Shown piece after piece: positions 47,156 through 56,582 of a stretch of 64,000 bases of DNA. Every line of letters begins with the position of its first letter. The first letter of the stretch is position 1. The notes below the pieces were generated by a model. It worked only from the letters and a program-made list of their open reading frames with translations. It was not told the DNA's origin and did no database searches. The stretch is from contig CAXXHG010000043.1 in NCBI GenBank assembly GCA_963666315.2, positions 384,001 through 448,000 on the forward strand, written 5' to 3'. This stretch comes from Candidatus Binatia bacterium (GTDB lineage Bacteria > Desulfobacterota > Binatia > Bin18). Made by a program: the position numbers and the translations under genes.

Positions 47156-49558
47156 GTGCGGCGTCTGGTTTCCATTATCGGCATGGTGTCTCTTGTGATG
47201 AACATGGGGGCTCTGACCTCTGAGGTCCAGGCCGCCTCACTCTCTGAGCTGTCTTCGCGCGCAAAGCAGGCCCGCAGTAAGGTCAATGGGCTGAAAAAAG
47301 GTGGCTGGAGCGCCCAAGAAAAGATCGAAGCCATTCAAATACTTGGCCCTGTTGCGCTTGATTTTGTGGCGGTTCCCAATCTGGCCGCATCGGTCAAAAC
47401 GACGTCTGGTAGAAAAGCGGTCCGCGCCGTCTACGAGACGCTTTATGGTCCACTCAACCATATCTACACAGGCAGTTTCCTGCGCATTGACCAAATGACG
47501 AAGCAGGTCATTGCGCAGGATGGTGACCTAGAGGCCGTGCAAGACTCACAGGCATACCAAGCCGAACAGGGTGTTGCTGCGCGCTCCTTGTATTTCTTGA
47601 ACCACCTCAACTACATCGGCTCGTTCGCGTTTGACGACGAGAAAAAGAAGGAACTGCTCCAGAAGGCGATGAATGGATATTCCGAGTTCGCTGTGGGGGA
47701 TCAGGCCTCGCGACTCAAAAACGAAAGTTTGTTTTTTCGGGCGCTGTGCGAACGCGAACTCCAGAAATTCGACTGGGCAGTCCGCGATTTCGAGCTGCTC
47801 TTAAAACAGGGCAGATTGTCCGCAGACATGCGGCGTAAAGCCCAGCGAGCGTTGGCCCAGACGCGTAAATTCGCTAAGAGTGGTGGCAAGATTCAGTCCT
47901 CTCCTACGGACTTGGCTCTGGCTAATCATCAAAAAGCGAAGAGCTTCCTAAAGCAGAGTCGTAAGGCGAGCGGTAAGAAGCGGCGCACCCTACGGGGTCA
48001 GGCGCTCACATTGATTCTTGAGGTCCGCAAGGCGGGTGGCAAGTGGACGGTGCGGGCGGATGAGCTGGCCAGGGCAGAGCTGACGGCTGAAGAGCAACTC
48101 GCACTCGCGGAACATATATATCCCTTTCCGCCGTGGCTGAAAGCTAAAGAGCTTATGAAAAAACGCCGCTTTGCCAAGGCGGTGCCTTTTCTGGAGGAAG
48201 TCCTGGCATCAAACGAACCAAATGCCGCTGTGTACAAAACCGACGCGCAGTATTACCTCGGAGTCGGGCTGTATGAACAACGTCGGTATCGAGAGGCCAT
48301 TGCGAAATTGGACGCCTTTCTCCTCAATGGGGGGGCAGAGACCAAGCGCGCGTCTGACGCGGAATATTTCCAGTTCAAGTCAGCCGAGTCGCTGTACGCT
48401 GGGGACCAAAGCGACCGAACGGCAAAGATCTACTTGAAAGCAATTAACGACTACACCCGGAAATATCCGAAACACCGCTCCATATACGAGGCGCATTTTC
48501 GACTTGGTGAGTACTATCAGGATAAGAAAAACTATCTGAAGGCGGCGGGTGCGTATAAAAAGGTAAGAGGACAGCAAGCGTATCGCGTCCGCGCCGACTA
48601 CGCGACCCTTCAGTCATACTTTGAAGTTTTGCACGCCATCGAAGACGGAGACACAGGGAGCGGGCTGAGTGAGGATGACCTTCGGCAGCGGATAGGGGAG
48701 AGCCTCGATGCGTTCTGGAAAAATAACGCCAAGCTGGCCGAGAGTAGTCCGAAGCTCGCCAAACGCGATCCATACCGTGAATATCCGGGTAAAGTCGGGG
48801 TGATGAATGCGGTGTATTTGAGCAAGGATACTGATGCAAATGCGGCCCAAATCGTCTCCTTGCTTGACGGCTTTGAAGAGAAATACCCCAAGCAGCCCGA
48901 CGCCTTTGAAACCGTGGCGCGGACGCGGCTGATTGCTCTGCAGAAGACGGGGCAATACATCGAGTTGGAAAAGGATGTGGATAAGATTTTTGCTCGTTTT
49001 CAACCCGAACAGCAAAAAGAACTCCTCGTCGGCCTGGCCGGCGTCTTAGAGAGAGATGTCCGCAAACTCCGCCGTAAGAATGATCGTGACGGCGAACTCG
49101 CTGCGAAGCGGACGCTCACCCGGCTGCACGTAGACCGACTCGAGAATGGTGGGGACTTTGCCGACGACGAATCCCCGGATCGATTCCGGTACGATCTTGC
49201 CCAGCTCTATCTCGATACCAAACAATACGACGAGGCCGAGGTCCTGTATAAAGACCTGGAACAAAAACAGGGTCCGTACTCGCTGGTGTCACTCGTCGGC
49301 TTGGCCCAAATTGCCGAGGTCAGGGGTAATAAAAAGCTGTCTTTATCGCTCTGGGAGGGCGCGCTCAAGGGGACTCACGTGGGCGATCCGCTCTGGTTTC
49401 GGGGCACGTTTGAGGTGGCGCGGCTTAACGGCGATATTGGCAATGCTGACCAAGCGTGCAAGACCGTTAGCAGCGCCCAGCGTATGCTTCATCGTCTCGG
49501 TGATCAAAAACTCAAGGCCAAGATTCAGGACTTTGCTAGCCAAACGTGCGGGGTGTAA
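47156..49558 (+). CDS. Large exported TPR-repeat protein
   Basis: Signal peptide ending VQA; multiple TPR-like helices (DAQYYLGVGLY, EAHFRLGEYY, RYDLAQLY). Confidence 0.8.
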   Translation: MRRLVSIIGMVSLVMNMGALTSEVQAASLSELSSRAKQARSKVNGLKKGGWSAQEKIEAIQILGPVALDFVAVPNLAASVKTTSGRKAVRAVYETLYGPLNHIYTGSFLRIDQMTKQVIAQDGDLEAVQDSQAYQAEQGVAARSLYFLNHLNYIGSFAFDDEKKKELLQKAMNGYSEFAVGDQASRLKNESLFFRALCERELQKFDWAVRDFELLLKQGRLSADMRRKAQRALAQTRKFAKSGGKIQSSPTDLALANHQKAKSFLKQSRKASGKKRRTLRGQALTLILEVRKAGGKWTVRADELARAELTAEEQLALAEHIYPFPPWLKAKELMKKRRFAKAVPFLEEVLASNEPNAAVYKTDAQYYLGVGLYEQRRYREAIAKLDAFLLNGGAETKRASDAEYFQFKSAESLYAGDQSDRTAKIYLKAINDYTRKYPKHRSIYEAHFRLGEYYQDKKNYLKAAGAYKKVRGQQAYRVRADYATLQSYFEVLHAIEDGDTGSGLSEDDLRQRIGESLDAFWKNNAKLAESSPKLAKRDPYREYPGKVGVMNAVYLSKDTDANAAQIVSLLDGFEEKYPKQPDAFETVARTRLIALQKTGQYIELEKDVDKIFARFQPEQQKELLVGLAGVLERDVRKLRRKNDRDGELAAKRTLTRLHVDRLENGGDFADDESPDRFRYDLAQLYLDTKQYDEAEVLYKDLEQKQGPYSLVSLVGLAQIAEVRGNKKLSLSLWEGALKGTHVGDPLWFRGTFEVARLNGDIGNADQACKTVSSAQRMLHRLGDQKLKAKIQDFASQTCGV

Positions 49559-49672
49559 ATCGGGCCGAGGGGGCCTGGCAATATCGCAATATCAAGCGAC
49601 CAAGCGATATTGCGATCAGCGATTCCCCCCACAGAATATTGCGCTTCCCTTGCATCGCCCTAGAATAAGGCG

Positions 49673-51592
49673 ATGGTCGATCTCCTGATCGTTCTCGCAT
49701 TTGTCCTGTACGCCGTTTCCACAGGACTGCGGGCGCGCAAGCGTGCTTCACAAAACCTGTCTGAATACTTCCTGGCGGGTAAAACCCTGACTGGGTGGCG
49801 GGCAGGGGTCAGCATGGCAGCGACCCAATTTGCTGCCGATACGCCGTTGCTGGTCACGGGTCTGATTGCTACAGGCGGTATCTTCCTCGTCTGGCGATTG
49901 TGGATTTATGGTCTGGCCTTCTTACTCATGGGCTTTGTCTTTGCGGCGGGTTGGCGGCGTACGGGGGTAGTGACGGATGCGGAACTCGCGGAACTGCGCT
50001 ACAGCGGGCCAGGGGTCCTGGCCCTGCGTGGGCTGAAAGCGTTGTACTATGGCACAGTCATTAACTGTGTCGTTATCGCCATGGTGTTGGTTGCCGCCCT
50101 GCGTATCGCCGAAGTGTTTCTTGTGTGGCACGCTTGGCTCCCGACCGGACTGTACACGAGTTTTTCTCAGGCGATTCAAGGCTTGGGGATTTCTCTTGCT
50201 TCAGGGGCAACTGGTCTCGATGCGTCTATTGCGACGACAAATAATTTCATCAGTATTATTGCTCTGGTGAGTTTTACTGCCTTCTATTCTACCGCTGGTG
50301 GGCTGCGCAGTGTTGTCGCGACAGACATTGTCCAATTTTTTCTGGCAATGGCAGGCACGCTTATCTATGCGTGTGTGGTGATCGCCCACATCGGCGGATT
50401 GGAAGAACTCCCGAAGCAGCTTGCCGCACACTACGGGGCCGAGGCTGCTGAGGCGATGCTCTCTTTTACGCCCTCTCAAGGCGAGGTGCTGATGCCCTTC
50501 CTCATCCTGATCAGTTTGCAATGGTTCTTCCAAGTCAGTAGCGACGGGAGCGGTTATCTGGCGCAGCGCGCCATGGCGTGTAGAACAGACCGTGAGGCGC
50601 GGATCGCAGGGCTGGTGTTTGCCTGGCTGCAGATCGTCGTGCGCAGCCTGCTCTGGCTGGTGATTGGGGTCGGCCTCTTGGTCATTTATCCTTTTAACCC
50701 TGTTGACCTTGCTGATATTGCGAATGGTGGAGGTGAACAGTTCACTGCGAGCCGTGAGCTTGTCTTTGTCACTGGGATTAACGACCTGCTGCCTACCGGC
50801 GTGCGCGGTGTCATGCTGGTTGGTCTTTTAGCCGCCCTGGCCTCAACTATTGATACACATATGAACTGGGGAGCTAGCTATTGGAGTAACGATCTGTATA
50901 AACGCCTGCTGTGTCAGGCCTGGCTGCAACGGGAAGCCCAGAATAAGGAACTCGTTTTTGTGGCGCGTGTGTCGAATATCCTCGTGCTCGGCATTGCGCT
51001 TATCATCATGACCCAGCTCGGTTCGATCCAAGCCGCCTGGTCTGTCTCGCTGCTCTTTGGGGCAGGGACAGGCGCCGTCCTGGTGCTGCGTTGGCTGTGG
51101 GAGCGCATTAATGTATTTTCTGAAATTGCAGCCATGCTGGTCTCCTTGATCGCTGCACCTATCCTGCTCATGACTGTTGATGCCGAATGGCTACGTATAG
51201 CGGTCATGGGTGGCCTTTCGACCCTGGCCGCCATCGGGATAACATTTTTTTCTCCTGCAACCGAACATGCTGTGCTGGACCGCTTCTATCAACGTGTACA
51301 GCCCCTCGGCTTTTGGCACGACACTGCCCTACGCATGGGGGATGATCCCGACATGCCGCTGCGACGATTTTTCCGTGAGCTGAAAAATACGATACTGTGT
51401 GCGTTGTCCCTTTTCTTGACGCTCATCGGATTTGGAAAATTGCTCGTCCACTCGGCTGACGAGTCGAGCCTATGGGCGTGGATTGCTCTTGGCGTGGCGG
51501 CTATGCTGGTTCCGTTTTGGTGGCGTGCTGCGGGAGCATCGCCCCGCCAGGGTAGCGATGCGGGACCGGATGAGAAAATGATGTGTGGGTAA
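49673..51592 (+). CDS. Sodium:solute symporter family protein
   Basis: EYFLAG, SMAATQFAADTP, GGLRSVVATD, YLAQR, AALASTIDT; many TM helices. Confidence 0.92.
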   Translation: MVDLLIVLAFVLYAVSTGLRARKRASQNLSEYFLAGKTLTGWRAGVSMAATQFAADTPLLVTGLIATGGIFLVWRLWIYGLAFLLMGFVFAAGWRRTGVVTDAELAELRYSGPGVLALRGLKALYYGTVINCVVIAMVLVAALRIAEVFLVWHAWLPTGLYTSFSQAIQGLGISLASGATGLDASIATTNNFISIIALVSFTAFYSTAGGLRSVVATDIVQFFLAMAGTLIYACVVIAHIGGLEELPKQLAAHYGAEAAEAMLSFTPSQGEVLMPFLILISLQWFFQVSSDGSGYLAQRAMACRTDREARIAGLVFAWLQIVVRSLLWLVIGVGLLVIYPFNPVDLADIANGGGEQFTASRELVFVTGINDLLPTGVRGVMLVGLLAALASTIDTHMNWGASYWSNDLYKRLLCQAWLQREAQNKELVFVARVSNILVLGIALIIMTQLGSIQAAWSVSLLFGAGTGAVLVLRWLWERINVFSEIAAMLVSLIAAPILLMTVDAEWLRIAVMGGLSTLAAIGITFFSPATEHAVLDRFYQRVQPLGFWHDTALRMGDDPDMPLRRFFRELKNTILCALSLFLTLIGFGKLLVHSADESSLWAWIALGVAAMLVPFWWRAAGASPRQGSDAGPDEKMMCG

Positions 51593-51595
51593 CCT

Positions 51596-53920
51596 ATGAA
51601 GCGAGTCGAGAACACGGCAAATCTCCGCACTGTCTTCCACTGGGGCGCCTACGCGTCTCACGTGCAAGACGGTCGCTTGGTCGGACTAGAGCCCGTACCT
51701 GAAGATCCGGATCCTTCGTCGCTGGGGCGTTCGTATGTTGAGGCAGTCGACGACGCACTCCGTATCCGTCAACCCATGATCCGGCAGAGCTGGCTCACAA
51801 ACGGACCCGGGAGTGGAACCCGAGGGGCAGAGCCTTTTATTGCCGTAGAGTGGGGGCGGGCCCTCGATCTCGTGGCTGCAGAGCTAGGGCGGGTCAAAAA
51901 CGCGTGTGGCAACCGGGCAATCTATGCCGGCTCATATGGCTGGGGCAGTGCCGGCGCGTTCCATTTCCCCCAGGCTCAGCTCCAGCGGTTTCTGAATCTC
52001 TTCGGCGGCTTTACCCGTTCGGTGAATACCTATAGCCACGCGGCGGCAGATGTCATGATGCCGTATATTGCTGGCAATTTCTTTCGTCTGCTGGTTGAAC
52101 AAGCCTCGTGGCAGACGATTGCTCAGCATTCAGAACTTGTTGTGATGTTTGGTGGAATGCCGCCTAAAAACGCCCAGGTCGCTTACGGCGGGGTCACCCG
52201 CCATAGGACGCGCGATGGTCTCCAGGCCTGCCGAGACGCTGGAGTCCACTTCCTCAATATTGGCCCGCTGAAAAACGATGCGGTTGATTTTGTCCGAGCC
52301 GAGTGGTTGACGCCACGGCCAAACACAGATGTCGCCTTGATGCTCGGCCTGGCCCACACGCTGGTGACACACGGGCTGGCCGACGAGCATTTTCTTGGCC
52401 GGTATTGTGTTGGTTTTGATATATTTCAGTCCTATCTCATGGGCGCCGGGGATGGGCAGCCCAAAGACGCGGCCTGGGCAGCCGACATTACCGGCCTCGA
52501 TGCCGAGACGATCCGGACTCTTGCCCGGCGCATGGCTGCCAAGCGGACGCTCATCACGCTATCGTGGTCTCTGCAGCGAGCCGATCACGGGGAGCAAACA
52601 TATTGGATGGCAGTGACGCTGGCCGCCGTCCTGGGACAGATTGGCCTGCCTGGGGGTGGTTTCGGCTATGGCTATTCCTCGGTCGCTAGCGTAGGAAGCC
52701 GTGCCGCTCGGATTCCCTGGGCAACGTTAGACCGCTGCGCCTATCCTGTTGAAGATATGATCCCGGTTGCCCGAATTGCCGACCTCTTGCTCAACCCGAA
52801 TGCCGAGTTTGACTACAATGGACGCCAGGCGACCTACCCCGATATCCGGCTCATCTACTGGGTTGGAGGAAATGTCTTCCACCACCACCAAGATTTGAAC
52901 CGTTTGTTACAGGCCTGGCAAAAACCCGAGACCATTATCGTCCATGAGCCCTGGTGGACGCCGATGGCGCGCCACGCTGATATTGTCCTGCCCGCGACGA
53001 CGCCGCTTGAACGCAACGATATCGTGTGCACCCCACGCGACGGATTTGTTGTCGCCAATAAACAGGCGATTAAACCCGTTGGCCAGGCCCGCAACGATCA
53101 TGATATTTTTGCAGACCTAGCCGAGAGGCTAGGATTTCGGGAGGGGTTTACCGAAGGACGAGATGAAACAGGCTGGCTGCGGCATCTGTACGACATCTCA
53201 CGCGCACGAGCGGTCAAACGCGGGTTTTCCTTGCCCGACTTTGAACGCTTTTGGGAAGACGGATTGTGTGAACTCCCCCCTCCACGCGAAAGGCAGCTTT
53301 TTCTGTCTGCCTTTCGTGCCGACCCAGAGGCCCATCCGCTGGATACGCCATCGGGCAAGATTGAAATCTGGTCAGCGCGTATTGCATCCTACAAGTATGA
53401 TGACTGCCCATCACATCCGACCTGGATGGAACCCACCGAATGGCTAGGCAGTGAAAAGGCCAAACAGTATCCACTCCATCTGATCTCAAACCAACCCGCC
53501 GTCCGTCTCCACAGTCAACTTGACCAAGGTCCGGTCAGCCGTGCGGCAAAAGTCGCCGGTCGCGAGCCTATCCGGATCCATGCTGACGATGCCGAAGAAC
53601 GTGGCTTGACTGAGGGCGACGTGGTCCGGGTGTTTAACGACCGAGGCCAGTGCTTGGCGGGTGTTGTGATCACACCGGATATTCAAAAGAACGTGGTGCA
53701 GCTTGCAACCGGCGCTTGGTATGATCCTCTGGAGCTGGGCGTGCCTGGAACGCTGGAAAAACATGGCAACCCCAACGTCCTTACTCTAGACAAAGGCACC
53801 TCAAAATTGAGTCAGGGCCCGAGCGCGCAGACGACCTTGGTTGAAGTCGAACGCTATCAGGGCGAACCTCCACCTGTGACGGCGTTTCTGCCCCCAGAGA
53901 TTCGCCGGGAAGACGCGTGA
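51596..53920 (+). CDS. Cytoplasmic bis-MGD molybdoenzyme, BisC/TorA/DMSO-reductase type
   Basis: HWG start, GSYGW.SAG.FH, TYS Ser ligand, LQRADHGEQ, TPSGKIEI, RLHSQL, GNPNVLT; no Tat signal. Confidence 0.92.
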   Translation: MKRVENTANLRTVFHWGAYASHVQDGRLVGLEPVPEDPDPSSLGRSYVEAVDDALRIRQPMIRQSWLTNGPGSGTRGAEPFIAVEWGRALDLVAAELGRVKNACGNRAIYAGSYGWGSAGAFHFPQAQLQRFLNLFGGFTRSVNTYSHAAADVMMPYIAGNFFRLLVEQASWQTIAQHSELVVMFGGMPPKNAQVAYGGVTRHRTRDGLQACRDAGVHFLNIGPLKNDAVDFVRAEWLTPRPNTDVALMLGLAHTLVTHGLADEHFLGRYCVGFDIFQSYLMGAGDGQPKDAAWAADITGLDAETIRTLARRMAAKRTLITLSWSLQRADHGEQTYWMAVTLAAVLGQIGLPGGGFGYGYSSVASVGSRAARIPWATLDRCAYPVEDMIPVARIADLLLNPNAEFDYNGRQATYPDIRLIYWVGGNVFHHHQDLNRLLQAWQKPETIIVHEPWWTPMARHADIVLPATTPLERNDIVCTPRDGFVVANKQAIKPVGQARNDHDIFADLAERLGFREGFTEGRDETGWLRHLYDISRARAVKRGFSLPDFERFWEDGLCELPPPRERQLFLSAFRADPEAHPLDTPSGKIEIWSARIASYKYDDCPSHPTWMEPTEWLGSEKAKQYPLHLISNQPAVRLHSQLDQGPVSRAAKVAGREPIRIHADDAEERGLTEGDVVRVFNDRGQCLAGVVITPDIQKNVVQLATGAWYDPLELGVPGTLEKHGNPNVLTLDKGTSKLSQGPSAQTTLVEVERYQGEPPPVTAFLPPEIRREDA

Positions 53921-53955
53921 ATCAGGCACGCGAAAATTGCGCTCAGCCCGTGTGC

Positions 53956-54516
53956 CTAGAAATTGACGCTAAAACCCTCGTTGGCCTGGGTCTGCTCTTG
54001 TATGAGAAATCCTCGTGCGCCAGTATACGAACCGGGTGGATAGGACAGGTAGCCTCTGACACTTGTGCCTGGGGCAATGGTTCGGCTGGTCAACACGGGG
54101 GTCGGAGTGTCGTCGCTTGCCACCAAGGGTTTGACCCGTTCGCCTGACGCCGCCCGTAACGTGACTTTGTCGGCTTTCAGAGTATAGGCGTGCGCAGTGG
54201 CATTGCTGATCTCGACCTCTACAATAAATACCCCGTTATCCCGGACGCGCTCCCATATAGTCTCCATATTCTCCGATGACCTGCGCAGCGGCGGTTCCCT
54301 GCCTCGCAGCGGCGGTTCCCTGCCTTGTGGTACCGCTATGACAGATGCAGTTAATGGCCGTACTTTGACCTCCAACCGACCTTGCTCAGCCTGAATGGGA
54401 GAAGTGAGAAGGAAAAACACGCTCGAGACGAAAAGGCAGACAGCGCAGTAATGCGCAGTCCGAAGTGCTCTCGGCAGAGTGTTGAAACGTACAAATGGGG
54501 ACTTCCCGTTGGCCAT
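53956..54516 (-). CDS. Exported Ig-like hypothetical protein containing a 21-bp tandem repeat
   Basis: Signal-like N-terminus, VEVEISN...TIAPG.SVRGYL; GREPPLR x2 (54284-54325). Confidence 0.6.
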   Translation of the reverse strand: MANGKSPFVRFNTLPRALRTAHYCAVCLFVSSVFFLLTSPIQAEQGRLEVKVRPLTASVIAVPQGREPPLRGREPPLRRSSENMETIWERVRDNGVFIVEVEISNATAHAYTLKADKVTLRAASGERVKPLVASDDTPTPVLTSRTIAPGTSVRGYLSYPPGSYTGARGFLIQEQTQANEGFSVNF

Positions 54517-54770
54517 GGCATTTTCCTTCTTCCTGGAGTGTTAGAGACTCGTTTTGTCAGGGTATAGAGCATTCAGTTCGGCTCTTTCTACTCTTCTTGT
54601 TTTCTTTTGGCAAGGAAATTATGAGGCTTGGGACTGAATTTCCTGCTCAGTTCAGGGCAGACAAAAATTTCAGAATTCCCAAGAAATACGACGTAGACTT
54701 TTCCTCCTCCGCAGAGTCTCCGGAAAGAACTCAGGGTCAAGAATTTCCTCCAAATTCAAACCCTTTGGCG

Positions 54771-55157
54771 TCAGTTTGCATCCATGTATTTTACCGGAAT
54801 TAACCTATGGCCAAGTATATCCACTGCTGCTCCGCATTGCTCAAGAGCAATGTAACCGAGTAATGGCTCATATTCGCCATTATCTGGTTTCATGTCTAAA
54901 AACAGGACTTCGTTATAAATAGGTCGAAACCCCTCGATAGTGATTTTTACAGGACCACAGACTGTTCCTTTTACTCTCTCTTGGGTTGCGGTTTGAAGTT
55001 CGATGGTCTCCTCCGAGGCAAATGCCCCGAACCGACTCCTCCACACTGATGGCAACGTCAGATAGCCTGCTCCTGTACCAGCGAGTGCCTCCAGTTTTAT
55101 GGACGAGCCCGGTTCAGAAAATTTTTCGATATCAACTGTTGCTACTATTCTTCCCAT
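54771..55157 (-). CDS. Clan AA (retropepsin-like) aspartic protease homologue lacking the catalytic Asp
   Basis: ALAGTGA in place of ALxDTGA; EPLLGYIALE flap motif. Confidence 0.7.
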   Translation of the reverse strand: MGRIVATVDIEKFSEPGSSIKLEALAGTGAGYLTLPSVWRSRFGAFASEETIELQTATQERVKGTVCGPVKITIEGFRPIYNEVLFLDMKPDNGEYEPLLGYIALEQCGAAVDILGHRLIPVKYMDAN

Positions 55158-55332
55158 TTGATGACGGCTCCGATTGGTAGCTCGCGTAGCAGATCCTCAT
55201 AGACTGACACTTCCTACGAATACAACAAAATCCGTAGAATTGTGATTCGATGATAGGAGCGGTTTCAGCGGAGTTTTTGCTTCACCCAGCACCCTTCCCC
55301 TGTGAGATTAACTCCGCTACATATACCGCGCT

Positions 55333-56079
55333 ATGCCAACACAAGTGGATTCACCGGGTATTCTGTATTTCATTGAACAAGGCGGGGTGTTGATGTACCT
55401 CATCATCCTGTTGTCTATTTTTGCTCTGGCCATTGTGCTGGTCAAGTTCTGGGGATTGTGGCGTTTTCGGTCCCAGTTGGAGCAGCTCAGCCAGCGGCTT
55501 AGCCTGCACGCTCAGGGAGCTGGACACGACTCCAGCAAAGAGGCGCACCTGGCTGCCGCACTACAAATCTGTAGCGAGGATAACTCTCCGCTGGGTAGGT
55601 TATTCGAGACTGCTTTTCTGTATCGTGCAGAAGGGCGGACTGAACTGACCCACCGCCTCGAACGGTTTGGTGGGGACGTAGTGGCGGGGCTGGAGTCATA
55701 TATGACCGCCCTGGCCAGCGTCGTTGGGGTTGCGCCCATGCTGGGATTCCTCGGCACGATTATCGGTCTGGTTGAAGCCTTTATGAGCTGGGAGACGCTC
55801 GGGGGGCAGATTACGGTAGGCGTGTTAGCCGGTGGTATTTATAAAGCCATGCTGACCACAGGAGCAGGCCTGTGTGTCGCGATTCCATACTTCTTGTTGT
55901 ACAACCACCTCACTATGCGGGTGCAGGCCTTGACCCGTTTGACTGAAGCGCGGACCGAAGAACTCCTGGATACGCTGACCGAGACGAAGGCGCACGCAGC
56001 GGTCCAAGAAGCGGCATCCGAAGCGATGCCGGGAGCGGGGCAAGTGCCAACGCGGGAGCTGACACGTCATGCGGTTTAA
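55333..56079 (+). CDS. MotA/TolQ/ExbB proton channel family protein
   Basis: APMLGFLGTIIG, GGIYKAMLTTGAGL. Confidence 0.92.
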   Translation: MPTQVDSPGILYFIEQGGVLMYLIILLSIFALAIVLVKFWGLWRFRSQLEQLSQRLSLHAQGAGHDSSKEAHLAAALQICSEDNSPLGRLFETAFLYRAEGRTELTHRLERFGGDVVAGLESYMTALASVVGVAPMLGFLGTIIGLVEAFMSWETLGGQITVGVLAGGIYKAMLTTGAGLCVAIPYFLLYNHLTMRVQALTRLTEARTEELLDTLTETKAHAAVQEAASEAMPGAGQVPTRELTRHAV

Positions 56080-56488
56080 ACCAGGGTCCAAAGTTTTGGC
56101 GAGTATGGAGCCGCTTGCGCTCACAGACATCATCATCAATATGTTCATCTTCTTCTTTATTACTTTCAGTTTCCTGGCCACGTTTGAAAAAACGCGCGAA
56201 GGCCAGGTGAATGTCAATTTGCCCAAAGCTACGTCGGCCACGCCTCCGGTAGAAAAGAAACGTCTGAATGTCAGCCTGAAGAAAGACGGCGGGCTGTTCC
56301 TCGGTGACACGCCGGCAACTATTGAAGACCTCGAAGCGCGCTTCAAGGCTGAAAAGGCCCAAGGAGCAGACGTAATCCTGGTCATTCGGGCGGACGGCGA
56401 TGTTACTCATAGCCGGGTGGTCCAAGTGATGGACCTTGCCCGAATCGAAGGGCTGAATCGCTTGGCCATAGCAACGCAGAATAGATAA
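56069..56488 (+). CDS. ExbD/TolR family protein
   Basis: LTDIIINMFIFFFI, VNLPKA, IRADG.V. Confidence 0.92.
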   Translation: MRFKPGSKVLASMEPLALTDIIINMFIFFFITFSFLATFEKTREGQVNVNLPKATSATPPVEKKRLNVSLKKDGGLFLGDTPATIEDLEARFKAEKAQGADVILVIRADGDVTHSRVVQVMDLARIEGLNRLAIATQNR

Positions 56489-56494
56489 GGAATT

Positions 56495-56566
56495 GGGGGT
56501 AGGGGAGAGGGGATAGGGATGAGCGCCTTACAAAAGAAAATTCTCCGACCCCTCTCCCCTACCCCC
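56495..56566. repeat. 18-bp perfect purine/pyrimidine inverted repeat
   Basis: GGGGGTAGGGGAGAGGGG (56495-56512) and CCCCTCTCCCCTACCCCC (56549-56566). Confidence 0.88.
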
Positions 56567-56582
56567 TATCTCCCACTTCGCC

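Noticed and set aside
49578-49650. GCAATATC direct/inverted repeats upstream of the symporter as an operator
   Set aside because: Real but short; no cognate regulator adjacent and cannot be distinguished from a simple intergenic hairpin
51596-53920. Selenocysteine-containing molybdoenzyme (formate dehydrogenase-like)
   Set aside because: No in-frame TGA; Ser-ligand BisC/TorA-type motifs
54284-54325. 21-bp tandem repeat as a contingency locus
   Set aside because: Only two in-frame copies; no phase-variation potential
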